Source: Selaginella moellendorffii
Lineage: Eukaryota > Plantae > Lycopodiophyta
DNA length: 64,000 nt
Direction of reading: 5' to 3'
NCBI RefSeq assembly: GCF_000143415.4
Contig: NW_003314275.1
Span: 2,674,173 to 2,738,172 of the forward strand
Under the pieces are notes generated by a model. That model was given only the letters and a program-made list of their open reading frames with translations, searched no databases and had not been told where the DNA came from. Positions 34,841 to 45,319 of the stretch are shown here, piece by piece. Position 1 is the first letter of the stretch, and every line of letters begins with the position of its first letter. Position numbers and translations under genes: made by a program.

Positions 34841-35592
34841 GAACCACTTTGAGCTCATGGTAACTTCTGAGTTTAGAATTAGTCCTTAGGTTCTATAATA
34901 TATATACACACTCCAAAAGTTCACAGGACAGAATTTCTCCACTTGGATCATAAGAAAACATTTTTACCAATGCTTAAGTCTATACCAAAATATTATCCTC
35001 TTTCTTTATCACTCTTTGGACTATTAGCGCATAGTTATGGATTTGGTGCATATGGGCATTTTTTTCCACAATAGCTTGATGATCCAAACTTAACAATTGG
35101 TTCATTATCAAAAAATTTACTACATTTACAACAATTAAAGCATGGAGAAAAAGGAATAATTATAAAAGGGCAAAAGTTGCATAATGATTTATTAGTCATT
35201 AACTTCAAGACAAAATAGTCCAAATACTTTGAATTTAGCTTCAAATTTAAAAGTGCAAGCACTCTTTCACAAGTCACAACTATTAATGCACCAAATCCTT
35301 TATTACAACTTGATAATTGTAGATTGAAAAAAAAATCAATAGTTATTTACATATTTATCCCTACTTGTCTCATATTGTCAAGGAATTTTCAAAACAATAG
35401 CTGAACACATGGGTTATGGTTTATGGTTTAAACGTCAATGGTTTATGAGGGTTTATAAAACCTACTATACACCATTTTATATATGTACATAAGTTATTTC
35501 AAATAATATTTAAATATAAATAAGGAAACCAGATTATTTTAATTCTAAACTCGCAAGTTACCTGTTGTGAGCTCATGAGCTCAAAGTGGTTC
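34841..35592 (+). mobile_element. TIR-bounded AT-rich DNA transposon derivative with a decayed transposase (Sola-like, from recall)
   Basis: Inverted ends gaaccactttgagctcatg...gtaactt..gagtttagaatta at 34841-34881 and 35540-35592. Plus frame LLAHSYGFGAYGH...DPNLTIGSL...LLQLDNC with stops. No TSD seen. Confidence 0.5.
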
Positions 35593-36873
35593 AGGCTTCT
35601 GTCTGTGCTCAAAGATGTATTTCCGTAGAGCGCCCAACTCGGGATCAGTGGACCGTAGAAATATCACCATGTCTTCCAGCTTTGTGCGGGCAAGTGTTTC
35701 CGTGAAGAGGTGCTCTATCTTCAAGGATGCGAAATCCAGCAAATATCTGGCACCGTCGACAAGAGGCCGCTTGAAATGAAGCAACAACCATGATATGTCA
35801 TCAGACGTCGCCTCTGAAAGGATAGCCCGGTAAACTTTAGGTAAGTCCGTATTGGAGAGACTGGTCTGAATCTTCCTTTCACAGGCTCCGTCATTCAGAT
35901 CGCCAACCTCTGCGTCACGAAGTAGACGAGGAATCCCACCGTACCAGTCGTAGTACAAGTCAGCTGCTTTGATGCGTGCATCCAACCGATCTGCCTCATC
36001 CAGAAGAGCCACCCGTGGAGACGACTGTTTCGAATACATCTTCCACCGGCGCTCACTCGGCTCGCTCGTCTTCAGCAGTCTATCAGCTTCTTCCCGCATT
36101 TCCTTGCTCTCAAGCTTCCACAGGCCTAGCAACGCCTCAAACTCGTCCTTATCCCAAGGGTGGACGAAGAACTTGCTTTTGACCCCTATTGGCTTCGCGC
36201 TCTTGATGTTTCTACGACCCGGGGATGGCGCTACCAATATCCTTTTGCCCAGAGGATCTCCACTCTCAATTTTCTGGTCGATGAGGTGAACCACACATCG
36301 CTGCAATCGACTCAAGGGGTACTCCGTCTTCTCATGGATGGATACCTGGCCTTCGGACGTGAATTCCCAGATAAAGTCCGCGGACTGGTAGACGACGACG
36401 AAGCTGGTGTTCTCAATGGTCATCTCAATTCCGAACCGGATGAGGAAGTACCAGAGGAATGCCGACTTTCCAACGCCAGGATTCCCGTTGAGGCGTCCTA
36501 ACCAATCCATAGACACTGCAGCTTCTATGGCCGAGTAGAGATTATCGAAATCCTTGCGCACGTACAGCCTTGTAATGCCTCGAGGTCCTCTCAGGGTTCC
36601 ATATTCCGCAGGCACACTCAAATCTATGAACTTGCCAGCGGCGTATACTTCTGGCTGTTGGTTCAGCACCCCTCCCCACCACGCGCTAAGCGCCGCCCCG
36701 GTTTCGCTCCTAAACTTCCCATCAGTTCGCATACCCATTCGAGCCCTAATTGGATCTAGGTTAGATGTTCTCCTTTTATTTATACGTTTCGCCTTTTTAT
36801 GGTGTAAAATATTCTGACCTAGATCCATTGGTGGAAGATGCGTTTCCACGGCTGGCTCTTCTGTTGGATGCAC
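35581..36873 (-). CDS. Crinkler/RHS-type (CR) effector P-loop NTPase, truncated at both ends
   Basis: LYVRKDF...GNPGVGKSAFLWYFLIR (Walker A), VHLID, LVAPSP, PWDKDE, YGGIPR, FAS, G.LR.YIFE is the typical CR-NTPase motif order. The C-terminus is cut by the TIR element and the N-terminus derives from an inverted copy. Confidence 0.75.
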   Translation of the reverse strand: MHPTEEPAVETHLPPMDLGQNILHHKKAKRINKRRTSNLDPIRARMGMRTDGKFRSETGAALSAWWGGVLNQQPEVYAAGKFIDLSVPAEYGTLRGPRGITRLYVRKDFDNLYSAIEAAVSMDWLGRLNGNPGVGKSAFLWYFLIRFGIEMTIENTSFVVVYQSADFIWEFTSEGQVSIHEKTEYPLSRLQRCVVHLIDQKIESGDPLGKRILVAPSPGRRNIKSAKPIGVKSKFFVHPWDKDEFEALLGLWKLESKEMREEADRLLKTSEPSERRWKMYSKQSSPRVALLDEADRLDARIKAADLYYDWYGGIPRLLRDAEVGDLNDGACERKIQTSLSNTDLPKVYRAILSEATSDDISWLLLHFKRPLVDGARYLLDFASLKIEHLFTETLARTKLEDMVIFLRSTDPELGALRKYIFEHRQKPEPL

Positions 36874-37272
36874 GTATCAAAGCAGCTGGCTTGTACTGCG
36901 ACTGGTACGGTGGGATTCCTCGTCTACTTCGTGAAGCAGAGGTTGGCGATCTGAATGACCGAGCCTGTGAGAGGAATGTTCTGCAATACGGAAGTCTATC
37001 GGGCTATCCTTTCCGCGGCGACGTCTGACGACATATCGTGGTTGCTGCTTCACTTCAAGCGGCCTCTTGTCAAGGGTGCCAGATACTTGCTGGATTTTGC
37101 ATCCTCCAAGATTAAGTATCTCTTCACAGAAACGCTCGTCAGAACAAAACAGGAAGACTTGAGGACACTTGTACAGTCCACTGATCCCGAGCTTGGTGCT
37201 CTACGGGGATATGTCATTGAGCAGGAAGTTGTCCGGCTAGTGCTAGACAGCAATTTGGCTGCCGTCACCTTG
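36830..37272 (+). pseudogene. Second inverted, diverged fragment of the Crinkler-like gene
   Basis: DARIKAAGLYCDWYGGIPRLLR...DPELGALRGYVIEQEVVRLVL; reverse complement of about 35605-36048 with deletions. Confidence 0.88.
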
Positions 37273-37324
37273 GTGAGTGTACTGGTTTTATGTTTTCCTC
37301 CCTTTCATCACAAGTGTTTTGCAG

Positions 37325-38015
37325 ACTGATAACAAGCACTGTAGTCAGTGCCAAGCGCGCGTCATGGAAGAAGGAGCAAACCGTGGGTTGATTGTTTGTA
37401 GACAATGCCGAAAAATCAGGAGTGTGCTCGTTGTCCACTACCTGTTCCTTCCTTGTGGAACTTTGAATCTTTCGAAGGAGAGACAATCCATGAAGGCATA
37501 AGCACTGGCGGTCTTAGGCTAAGGTATTACAACGGTGATTTGAAAACTGCGCTCCCGGCTGCAGGTAAGGTGTGAGATTTTCTGCTTACAATATTCGCAT
37601 TCCTTCCCATTTGCTGCAGGTCGCAATGCTAAAGACTTTGTGTGGAGGCCAATAAATAAAAGCAACGCTGCTTTCGATTTTGCGATCCCCCCTCGAAGAG
37701 TTGCCTGTAGAAAACAATACGTACCGCTGCCGGGGATCCATGAGGTCCTTGTTGTACTCGTTGTTCCATGCGTCCAGAGCAGCAACACCTTCCTCCACGG
37801 CCTCCCGTGGCACCGGGTGCTCGCTGGCAACTGTGGCTTGGCCAAGAACCCTCAATCACTCATTGATTCATTTTAGGGAGTATATCTTGGCGTTCTACTT
37901 AGCTCGAGGCAACTTCGAATGTTTCGGGTACCAGAGCTACCGGGACAAGCATCGGCATGTTTGCAACAAAGCCGTGAAACGTTGCAAATTGCTCGTTTTA
38001 AACGTCACACTTACT
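37325..38015 (-). pseudogene. Decayed CR restriction-endonuclease-like (REase) domain
   Basis: Minus-strand LWYPKHSKLP...LGQATVASEHPV...RYVLF and a second IYWPP...FQITV resemble the CR-REase Y.P...QxTV..H motif; internal stops. Confidence 0.5.
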
Positions 38016-38031
38016 TTTGAGTGTGTTATAG

Positions 38032-38333
38032 GAATTATCCAAGTCAAGATTTTGATCGAAACCTACGAGTTGCTTCAGTTAGCACATCCAGTTGCGGGCT
38101 CCGTGGATAAATTGATCGACCTTGAGTACGACGAGCAGTATGACCTCCATAAAATGACGGTTCGGGAACTCAAGGATTTGGCGAAGTCTTGGGGTCTTAA
38201 AGGCTATTCCTCCCTCAAGAAGGATGCATTGGTCGAGGCATTAAATGCTTGGGAGGAGCCACAAGTGCTTGAAAGCCGAGAGTACGAGAGCAAGTCGTAC
38301 CAAGAAATGTATGGAGATAGAGTTGTCGTTTGA
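38032..38333 (+). CDS. Exon encoding a Rho_N/HeH-like nucleic-acid-binding module
   Basis: LHKMTVRELKDLAKSWGLKGYSSLKKDALVEAL; upstream exons unresolved. Confidence 0.65.
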
Positions 38334-38888
38334 TGAAACCTTATATTTTTCTTCATCTCTCTCTTTGATCATCTCTGCCGTGCACGATCCACCAAACTAT
38401 AGAAGGTTTAGAAAATGAATCTTAAGAATGTTTGGCTTATCCTTTCAGCCATTGTCTCTGCATTATGCCCAGACTGGGAATATGCCTGGATCACGTAATG
38501 CGATCCTGTTCGTCCACTCTGCTGCCGCCAAAGAGTTCTTCGATAAGATGCCCGAGGTGAGCATCTCGTCTTGGAATTCTGTCTGGACTTGGAACGCTGG
38601 AGAAATCTGAGCGCATCGTCGCTATGTTCGTTCTCGACGCAGGCACTGATCATGATGTTCCACGAGGTGTTAAAGACATCTACACGGCCACACTTCCCAT
38701 GCATTTGAACTTGGCATCGCGATCGCGGGTTCTAACGCCGCTGCTCTCTTTTCCTCTAACGAGATCTCTCGCGACACAGCACTCCCGCAGAGCTGGGAGT
38801 GGCGTTCCACGAAATCTTCCAGTGACGAACAAGCGATCAAGCGTTGGTTCATACACGATGGGATTTTTACAAAGGATTTTTCTCTCTT

Positions 38889-40535
38889 TCACTGCCAGCT
38901 CCTCGTCTTCGTTCTCGCGGCGACGATCCAACACAAGCAAGCTCCAATGGCGCTGGCGGCGCTGAGAGCCGCGAATCCTCCTCGAAAGCAATGACCCCCA
39001 TGGCACACCAATTCCCGGCCAGCCTCGCGATCATAGAAGTAGCCCACCACCCTGGACGAGAGAAGATAATGGCCGACTGGATTCCCCACGAAGAGAGCGT
39101 TGAACACCACGCCCAGCCTCCTCTCTCCAAACATCTCGCAGGCTATGGCGGCGGTGAGCCCCCAGTTCAGTCCATCGCTCGCCGCTCCCAGCACCGCCGC
39201 GAAGATCGTCGCTCCAGGGACCGGGACCGCCGCCAGCGCCGTGCCGATCGAGTTGGAGGCCATCCCCAGCGCCAGAAACGTGGATTTGGGGGTGCCAAAT
39301 CGCTCCAGGCAGTAGTCCGCGGCCAGGCCGGCGGCGATCCTCGCGAAGCAGCTACTCACGCAGAAGAGCGACACGAAAACGGGGCCTATCTTCTGCGAGT
39401 AGCCGAGCGAGATCGCGAGCTGGGTGAGATTGGTGGAGACTGCATTGGCGGCGCCGAATCCAAACACCAGCGCAACGAACAGTAGCCAGAAATCCACGCT
39501 GGTGGCGACCTGGGCAAGCGTGTGATCGTCGCCAAGTCTAGGTGGTGGTGATGTTCTTCCTGTCTCGTGATCTTTGGTCGCCCCTGTTTCTAGCAGAGCC
39601 TCTGTTCTTCCAGCTGGTTCCTTCTCGTCGTGATCTAGCAGGGCCTCCCTCGCAGATCCTGCTACCTTGCGATCTAGCACTCCCCTTCGCGATATCAGCT
39701 GTTCCTCACGATCCAGCAAAGTTGCATTCCAATCTTTGTCTTGGAATCCCGCCACCAACGCGATCACAGCCAGTAGCAGCAGCAAGAGCACGATGATCGA
39801 GCAGACAATCACCTGTGTACCACGAGTGAATCGCATGAACACCTCAAGAACACTCACGACCAGGAGCCACGCTGCTAGCGCCACCAGGCATCCAGACATG
39901 CCGTACATGACACCGTACGACGCTGGCGGAGACCCCGCCGTACGAGAGATGGGCCTTGCCGCGAGAGCCAATGGAAGCATGAGAGGGATCATCCACGAGA
40001 GCATCAACGGGAGCCCATCGCCGCTACCACCGCCGCCACCAATCGCGTAGAACGCCTGGAGGAAGATCGATCCGCCCAACACATGGTAGCCCTTGACCAA
40101 TCCCAGCACCGCGCCCGTGTCGCGGCCGAAATTCCTGGCGCTCGCCAGCACCACCGGCGTCTGGACCGACGCCTGGGAGATCCCGATCAGGAGCTCGTAG
40201 AGACAGAGCTGCCACACCGCGGCGCCATGGATCCGGTGCGTGATGGTGAGCCAGATCATGAGGAGCGCCAAGCTCTGGCCGGCAGCTCCGGCGGCGAGCA
40301 GCAGCCATGGCGGGACTAGGGCGTAGAGAAGTCCTGGGATGATCCCGAGCGCGCTGCCGACGCCCGAGAAGGTGACGATCGCCGTCAGGGTCTTTTGATC
40401 CAGCGCCATGGCGATCTTCATCGCCTGGGAGTAGCCGCTGAAAGTGTAGATCGAGGAATTCAACGCCATGATCCAGCAGCTGGCCGCCAGCGCGATCCAT
40501 CGGCTGTTCCTGAGATCCCGGAGCCCATATTCCAT
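38889..40535 (-). CDS. Nodulin-like / NFD4-like MFS transporter
   Basis: Intronless 548 aa; RWIALAASCWI, RNFGRDTGAVLGLVKGY, DFWLLF, CHGGHCFR. Confidence 0.93.
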   Translation of the reverse strand: MEYGLRDLRNSRWIALAASCWIMALNSSIYTFSGYSQAMKIAMALDQKTLTAIVTFSGVGSALGIIPGLLYALVPPWLLLAAGAAGQSLALLMIWLTITHRIHGAAVWQLCLYELLIGISQASVQTPVVLASARNFGRDTGAVLGLVKGYHVLGGSIFLQAFYAIGGGGGSGDGLPLMLSWMIPLMLPLALAARPISRTAGSPPASYGVMYGMSGCLVALAAWLLVVSVLEVFMRFTRGTQVIVCSIIVLLLLLLAVIALVAGFQDKDWNATLLDREEQLISRRGVLDRKVAGSAREALLDHDEKEPAGRTEALLETGATKDHETGRTSPPPRLGDDHTLAQVATSVDFWLLFVALVFGFGAANAVSTNLTQLAISLGYSQKIGPVFVSLFCVSSCFARIAAGLAADYCLERFGTPKSTFLALGMASNSIGTALAAVPVPGATIFAAVLGAASDGLNWGLTAAIACEMFGERRLGVVFNALFVGNPVGHYLLSSRVVGYFYDREAGRELVCHGGHCFRGGFAALSAASAIGACLCWIVAARTKTRSWQ

Positions 40536-40578
40536 CGCAAATAACTCCTATCGATCAACTCATCTGTCACGATCGCTG

Positions 40579-42129
40579 CTACAATGCTCGCGAGGAAGAA
40601 GACGAACAGGCGTGGATCCCGTGGTAGAATCCCTTGTTCCTCCTTGCGAGGGCCGCGAATCCCACACCAGCAATGGCGCAGCAAATCGCCACGGCCAGGA
40701 ACGATGATCCGAAGCACCGCGATCCCACGCACAGCAATCCCTGCTCGTTCTGGGCATCGTAGATCGATCCCACCAGCAGCACCGAGAGGAGGAGCGCGCC
40801 GATCGGGCACGCGAAGGTGATGATGTTGAGAATGGAGCTGAAGCTCGCGAGGCCGAAGAGATCCGAGGCGGTGGCGATGGCGAGGCACCAGAACGCGCCA
40901 TCCGCGATGCCCGAGAGGATCGCCACGAAGAAGAGAGCGCCGTGGACGGCAATGCTGCCCAGGAGCAAGCTTGCTACCTGGATCGCGGCTGTGAGGATCA
41001 AAAACACTGGCCTTGGTGTGCCATAAACCCTAAGAGCGTGCTCCGAGAGAATGCCCGAGCCGAGTCTTCCCACACAGCTGCCGATCGAGAAGAGGGAGAC
41101 GCAAATGGTGATCGTCCGCGAGGAGTAGCCGAGGGAGTGGCCGAATTGCGAGAGATTGCTGGTCACCACGCTCGTGGAGCCGGTGCCGAGAAGAACTCCG
41201 AGGAAGAGCAGCCAGAAATCCAGCGTTGCAATCGCCTCGAGCGTCGTGAATTCGCCCCCAATCTGCCCGTGGATCGCGAATCCTTGCTCTTGGATCACGG
41301 AGGATTCTTCGCTGGATTCTAGAATTCTTGGCAGCAAACCTTCGATTTTGGATTCGTGCTCCTCGTTCTTTCGATCGGGCTTGACTAGCACGTAGATCGG
41401 CGAGAGGAGTATGAGACACATTCCAAGATTGACGAGCACGATCTGGATCCGGTCGAGCGTGATGACACTCTCGACGATCACGGCCGCGAGCAAGAAGGCT
41501 GCGAGGAAGATCAAGCTCGCCGCGAGAAGCATCGACTTCCAAGAAATCGAGGATGGGGCCTGGAAAGGGGCAGGGATTTTGCGAGAGATGGCGAGGATTG
41601 GGAGCGCGGAGAGGAGTGGCAGCAGCCACGCGAGCATCAGAGGCATGCATTCTTCGCGGCCATGGCAGACGAGAAGGAAGAACTGGACCAAGATCGAGGC
41701 GCTCAATCCGACGAGGCCCTTGAGGTAGCCAAGAACGAACCCTCGCGCGCCGGGGAAGATCCTCACGCCGCTCACGAGCGCGGCCGTCTGGATGTACGTC
41801 TGTGCGAATCCGACGAGCAATTGGAAGAGGGAGAGGTGCCAGAGGGAGAAGAGGGAGGGATTCTTGATCGCGAGCCAGATGAGGAAGTAGCCGCAGCTGC
41901 TGTGAGCAATTCCCAGGCCGACGATCGCCGGCGGAGGAATGCGATCGTAGAGAAGCGCCGGGCCGATTCCACTGGAGCTTCCCAGGGTATTGAAGAATGC
42001 AAGCGTGTCGAGGCTCTTTTGATCGAGCGCGAGCGCGAGTTTGAGCGCCTGGGAGTAGGATCCGAAGAGATAGGAGGAGCCATTGAGAGATTGGAGCCAT
42101 CCAGTGGCAATGAGACCCAGCCACGCCAT
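40579..42129 (-). CDS. Nodulin-like / NFD4-like MFS transporter
   Basis: Intronless 516 aa; YLFGSYSQALK, RGFVLGYLKGLVGLS, LDFWLLF, CVGSRCF. Confidence 0.93.
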   Translation of the reverse strand: MAWLGLIATGWLQSLNGSSYLFGSYSQALKLALALDQKSLDTLAFFNTLGSSSGIGPALLYDRIPPPAIVGLGIAHSSCGYFLIWLAIKNPSLFSLWHLSLFQLLVGFAQTYIQTAALVSGVRIFPGARGFVLGYLKGLVGLSASILVQFFLLVCHGREECMPLMLAWLLPLLSALPILAISRKIPAPFQAPSSISWKSMLLAASLIFLAAFLLAAVIVESVITLDRIQIVLVNLGMCLILLSPIYVLVKPDRKNEEHESKIEGLLPRILESSEESSVIQEQGFAIHGQIGGEFTTLEAIATLDFWLLFLGVLLGTGSTSVVTSNLSQFGHSLGYSSRTITICVSLFSIGSCVGRLGSGILSEHALRVYGTPRPVFLILTAAIQVASLLLGSIAVHGALFFVAILSGIADGAFWCLAIATASDLFGLASFSSILNIITFACPIGALLLSVLLVGSIYDAQNEQGLLCVGSRCFGSSFLAVAICCAIAGVGFAALARRNKGFYHGIHACSSSSSRAL

Positions 42130-42188
42130 TTGGAGCCAAGAACCCTAGTTTTGAAGAACCCTAAAATAATCTCTCGCTCGCCATCGCC

Positions 42189-44505
42189 ATGGCGGCAGTG
42201 GAGGATCGTATCGAGGCGGAGATTGTCGCGGAGAATTCTGCGAATGGAGCTGAGGGATTGATTGCCAAGGGTGTGGCGCCTGTGCAGAAGGAATTTCTGG
42301 TCTCGGCACAGGTGCGTTCTACCATTTCGGACAAGGACGCCGCCAAGATTTCCAGCGAGAAGAAGTCCAAGCGGAAGATAAGAAAAGAGCGAAAGCAGGT
42401 GCGATGTCTTCGTGTTCCTCGTATCTCTGATCGCCATTGTGTTGTGTCTGTGCTCTATCCAGGCTAGAAAGCTCGAGGTGTGCAATGCCGTGGTTAGAGC
42501 TGGTGATCCAAATGCCTGTCCATTTGGGGAGAACTGTAGATTTAGCCACGACTTGGAAGGCTACTTGGCACAGGTACGTCAATTGTGATTCGTTTCTTTG
42601 TTTCTCATCTCTTTGATTTTTGTTAAGAAACCGGAAGATCTTCCTGGAGTTTGCCCGTCAGTGAGCTTGAATGTGCCTTGTCCTTATGGAGTAAGGTGTC
42701 GATTCTACGGAACTCACACAAAACAAGATCTGCCGAAGGAAAACCCCGAGGGTGCGATGGATGGAGACGAGGAAACATCGGGCGCTGGCGAGATCAATGT
42801 TCTCCGAAAGGATTTTCAGAAGTCACTCTGGAAGAAACTTGAGAGCTTTCCTAAAGCTGATAGCCAGCTACAAGCGATGGGTCTCAAAGTGAGTCTCTTC
42901 GTTTTCTATCTGCCGCGCTCAAAGCTTTTCTTCTTTCTGAACAGAACAAGGTTTATGGACCTAAGAAGGGTGCTACAACGGAAGGAGAAAATGGTGGAGC
43001 TGAAACGCATGACGAAAACAATGACGTATCGGATGACGCAGTTCCGCCTTTGAAGAAGCCAAAGCTTGTGGATCCTGTGGATGATGCTAAAGAACAAGGA
43101 GATGGCTGCAAGCTAAACAGCAGGGAGAAGAAGAAAATCGACTTGAAAGGCAAGCTTTATCTTGCCCCTCTGACGACAGTCGGGAATCTTCCGTTTCGGA
43201 GGCTGTGTAAGAAGCTCGGGGCCGACGTTACCTGTGGAGAGATGGCGATGTGTACAAACCTTCTTCAGGTAATTTTGATGTGTCTTGAACTTGCTAAAAC
43301 TAAGTTGTTCCAGGGCCACGCATCCGAGTGGGCTCTTTTGAGGCGCCACCCTGTTGAAGACTGTTTTGGCGTCCAGATTTGTGGCTCTTATGCTGATTCT
43401 CTGACGAAGACGGTCGAGCTGATCGAAAGAGAATGCACTGTTGACTTCATCGACATAAACCTTGGCTGTCCCATAGATATCGTCGTCAAGAAAGGAGCTG
43501 GGTCCTGCCTTCTCACAAAGCCGACCAGGCTGGAGCAGATCGTGAGAGCTACTGCGTCGATCATGGAAAAGCCTTTGACACTCAAGGTAATCTTTTTTCG
43601 GTTTGTCTTTCCGCCTTTGAGCGTTGATCGCTTTCCATTCTCGCAGATGCGTACAGGCTATTTCGAGGGAAAAAATTGTGCTCACTCGATGATCTCTGAG
43701 TTGAGCAACTGGGGAGTCTCGGCAGTCACGGTTCACGGGAGAACTCGACAGCAGCGTTACAGCAAGCTCGCGGACTGGGTGTATATCTACGACTGTGCAA
43801 AGCGTGCCCCTGATGACTTGCAAGTTCTCGGCAATGGCGACATTTTCTCGTATAGCGACTGGAACGAGCACATGTTACCCGACCTAAACCTCTCGTCGTG
43901 TATGCTTGCGAGAGGAGCGCTCATCAAGGTACGCAAACTGATCAAGTAAGCGTCTTCGAATTTCGAATTTTTTTTGCATTGCAGCCGTGGCTTTTGACGG
44001 AGATCAAGGAACAAAGGCACTGGGATATCAGTTCCAACGAAAGGCTCGATCTGTTGCGTGATTATACGCAATTTGGATTGGAACACTGGGGCTCTGACTC
44101 CAAAGGTATGTGTTCTTGGTTTCATTAGCTACAGCGAAGTTAAACGTGTTCTTCAGGCGTGGAAACGACTCGAAAGTTTCTTTTGGAGTGGCTGAGCTAC
44201 TTACACAGATACATACCGGTGGGACTCCTGGAAGTTATCCCACAAAGGCTAAACTGGCGACCTCCGCGCTACGTTGGTCGAAACGATCTCGAGACGCTCA
44301 TGGCATCGGACAGTGCTGCAGACTGGGTACGCAAAGCTCATACTTGATCTCTTTTCTTCGCAAAACTCATATTTGCTTTGACCGATCTCTTTTCTTTCTT
44401 TCGCAGGTCCGCATTAGCGAGATGCTCCTTGGTCCCGCTCCAGAGGGATTTGTCTTCACTCCCAAGCACAAGTCGAGTGCTTACGACAAGGCCGAGAATG
44501 GTTAA
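42189..44505 (+). CDS. DUS3: tRNA-dihydrouridine(47) synthase with CCCH zinc fingers
   Basis: Multi-exon; [67 protein letters not shown]. Confidence 0.95.
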
Positions 44506-44708
44506 GCCGATCTCGCTGAATTTTTTTTGACGGGACAAAAAGATACCTTTTTGTTCTTGCGAGCTAGGAGGAACTTCAAACTGCTAGGAAACTTTTTCGT
44601 TCTTTCTTGCGAAGAGCTAGGAGGAACTTAAGAGGTAACACTTCCGTTTAGAACGCTTGCAATACACAAAAACAAAAGGGGTGAATTCTCCTTCCTTGCA
44701 TCGATGAA

Positions 44709-45151
44709 TCAGTCCTCCTCGTCGGCCGCGTTCTCGGCGATGTTGAAGTATCGGAGCTCGTAGACGCTGCGGTCAGTGTTGGACGCGATCACTCGCAGCC
44801 AATCCCTCACGTTGTGCTTCTTGAGGTATTTCTTGGTCAAGTATTTCAAGTACCTGGCACAAAACCCATTGAGATCTTCGTAGCAGAGAAAAAGAGAGAA
44901 TTTGATCACCTCTTGGAGAATGCGTTCTCGGATGTGACGCTGATCTTGTTGCGCTCCCTGGTGATGGTCACAGTATCGCCCAGGACACCCGTTTTGCCCC
45001 CTACCTTGATCCGGTCCTGGAGGAACTTCTCGAAAGAGGCGATCTCCATGATCTTGTCCTCCACGGGCTTGCCGCAGTCGATCGTGAAGGTCGCCTTCTT
45101 CTTCCCCTTGGATGCCGCTCCCGCCGCGCCCTTCTTCGTCGCGGGCGCCAT
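44709..45151 (-). CDS. RPL22: 60S ribosomal protein L22e (eL22)
   Basis: Two exons; [29 protein letters not shown]...FSKR|[24 protein letters not shown]. Confidence 0.97.
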
Positions 45152-45319
45152 CGCTACACGCACAACCACAGCCGCCGTAAAGCCCTAGCCCTAAATCTCG
45201 GAAAACCTAAAGTGGTGCCCTAAAAGTCAAAGTAAAATGCGCGAAAAAGTAATAAGAGGATCTGACGTGTCTTCCCTCGCAAGCATTGAGAATTAGGGTT
45301 CTTGCGAGTGAGCTAGGCG

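Noticed and set aside
38790-38880. Glutamine cyclotransferase-like peptide (IVYEPTLDRLFVTG)
   Set aside because: Too short to distinguish from chance.
38844-42485. Long alternative-frame and antisense ORFs over the MFS genes (also 50821-52696 and 56157-57143)
   Set aside because: Expected shadows of GC-rich coding sequence.
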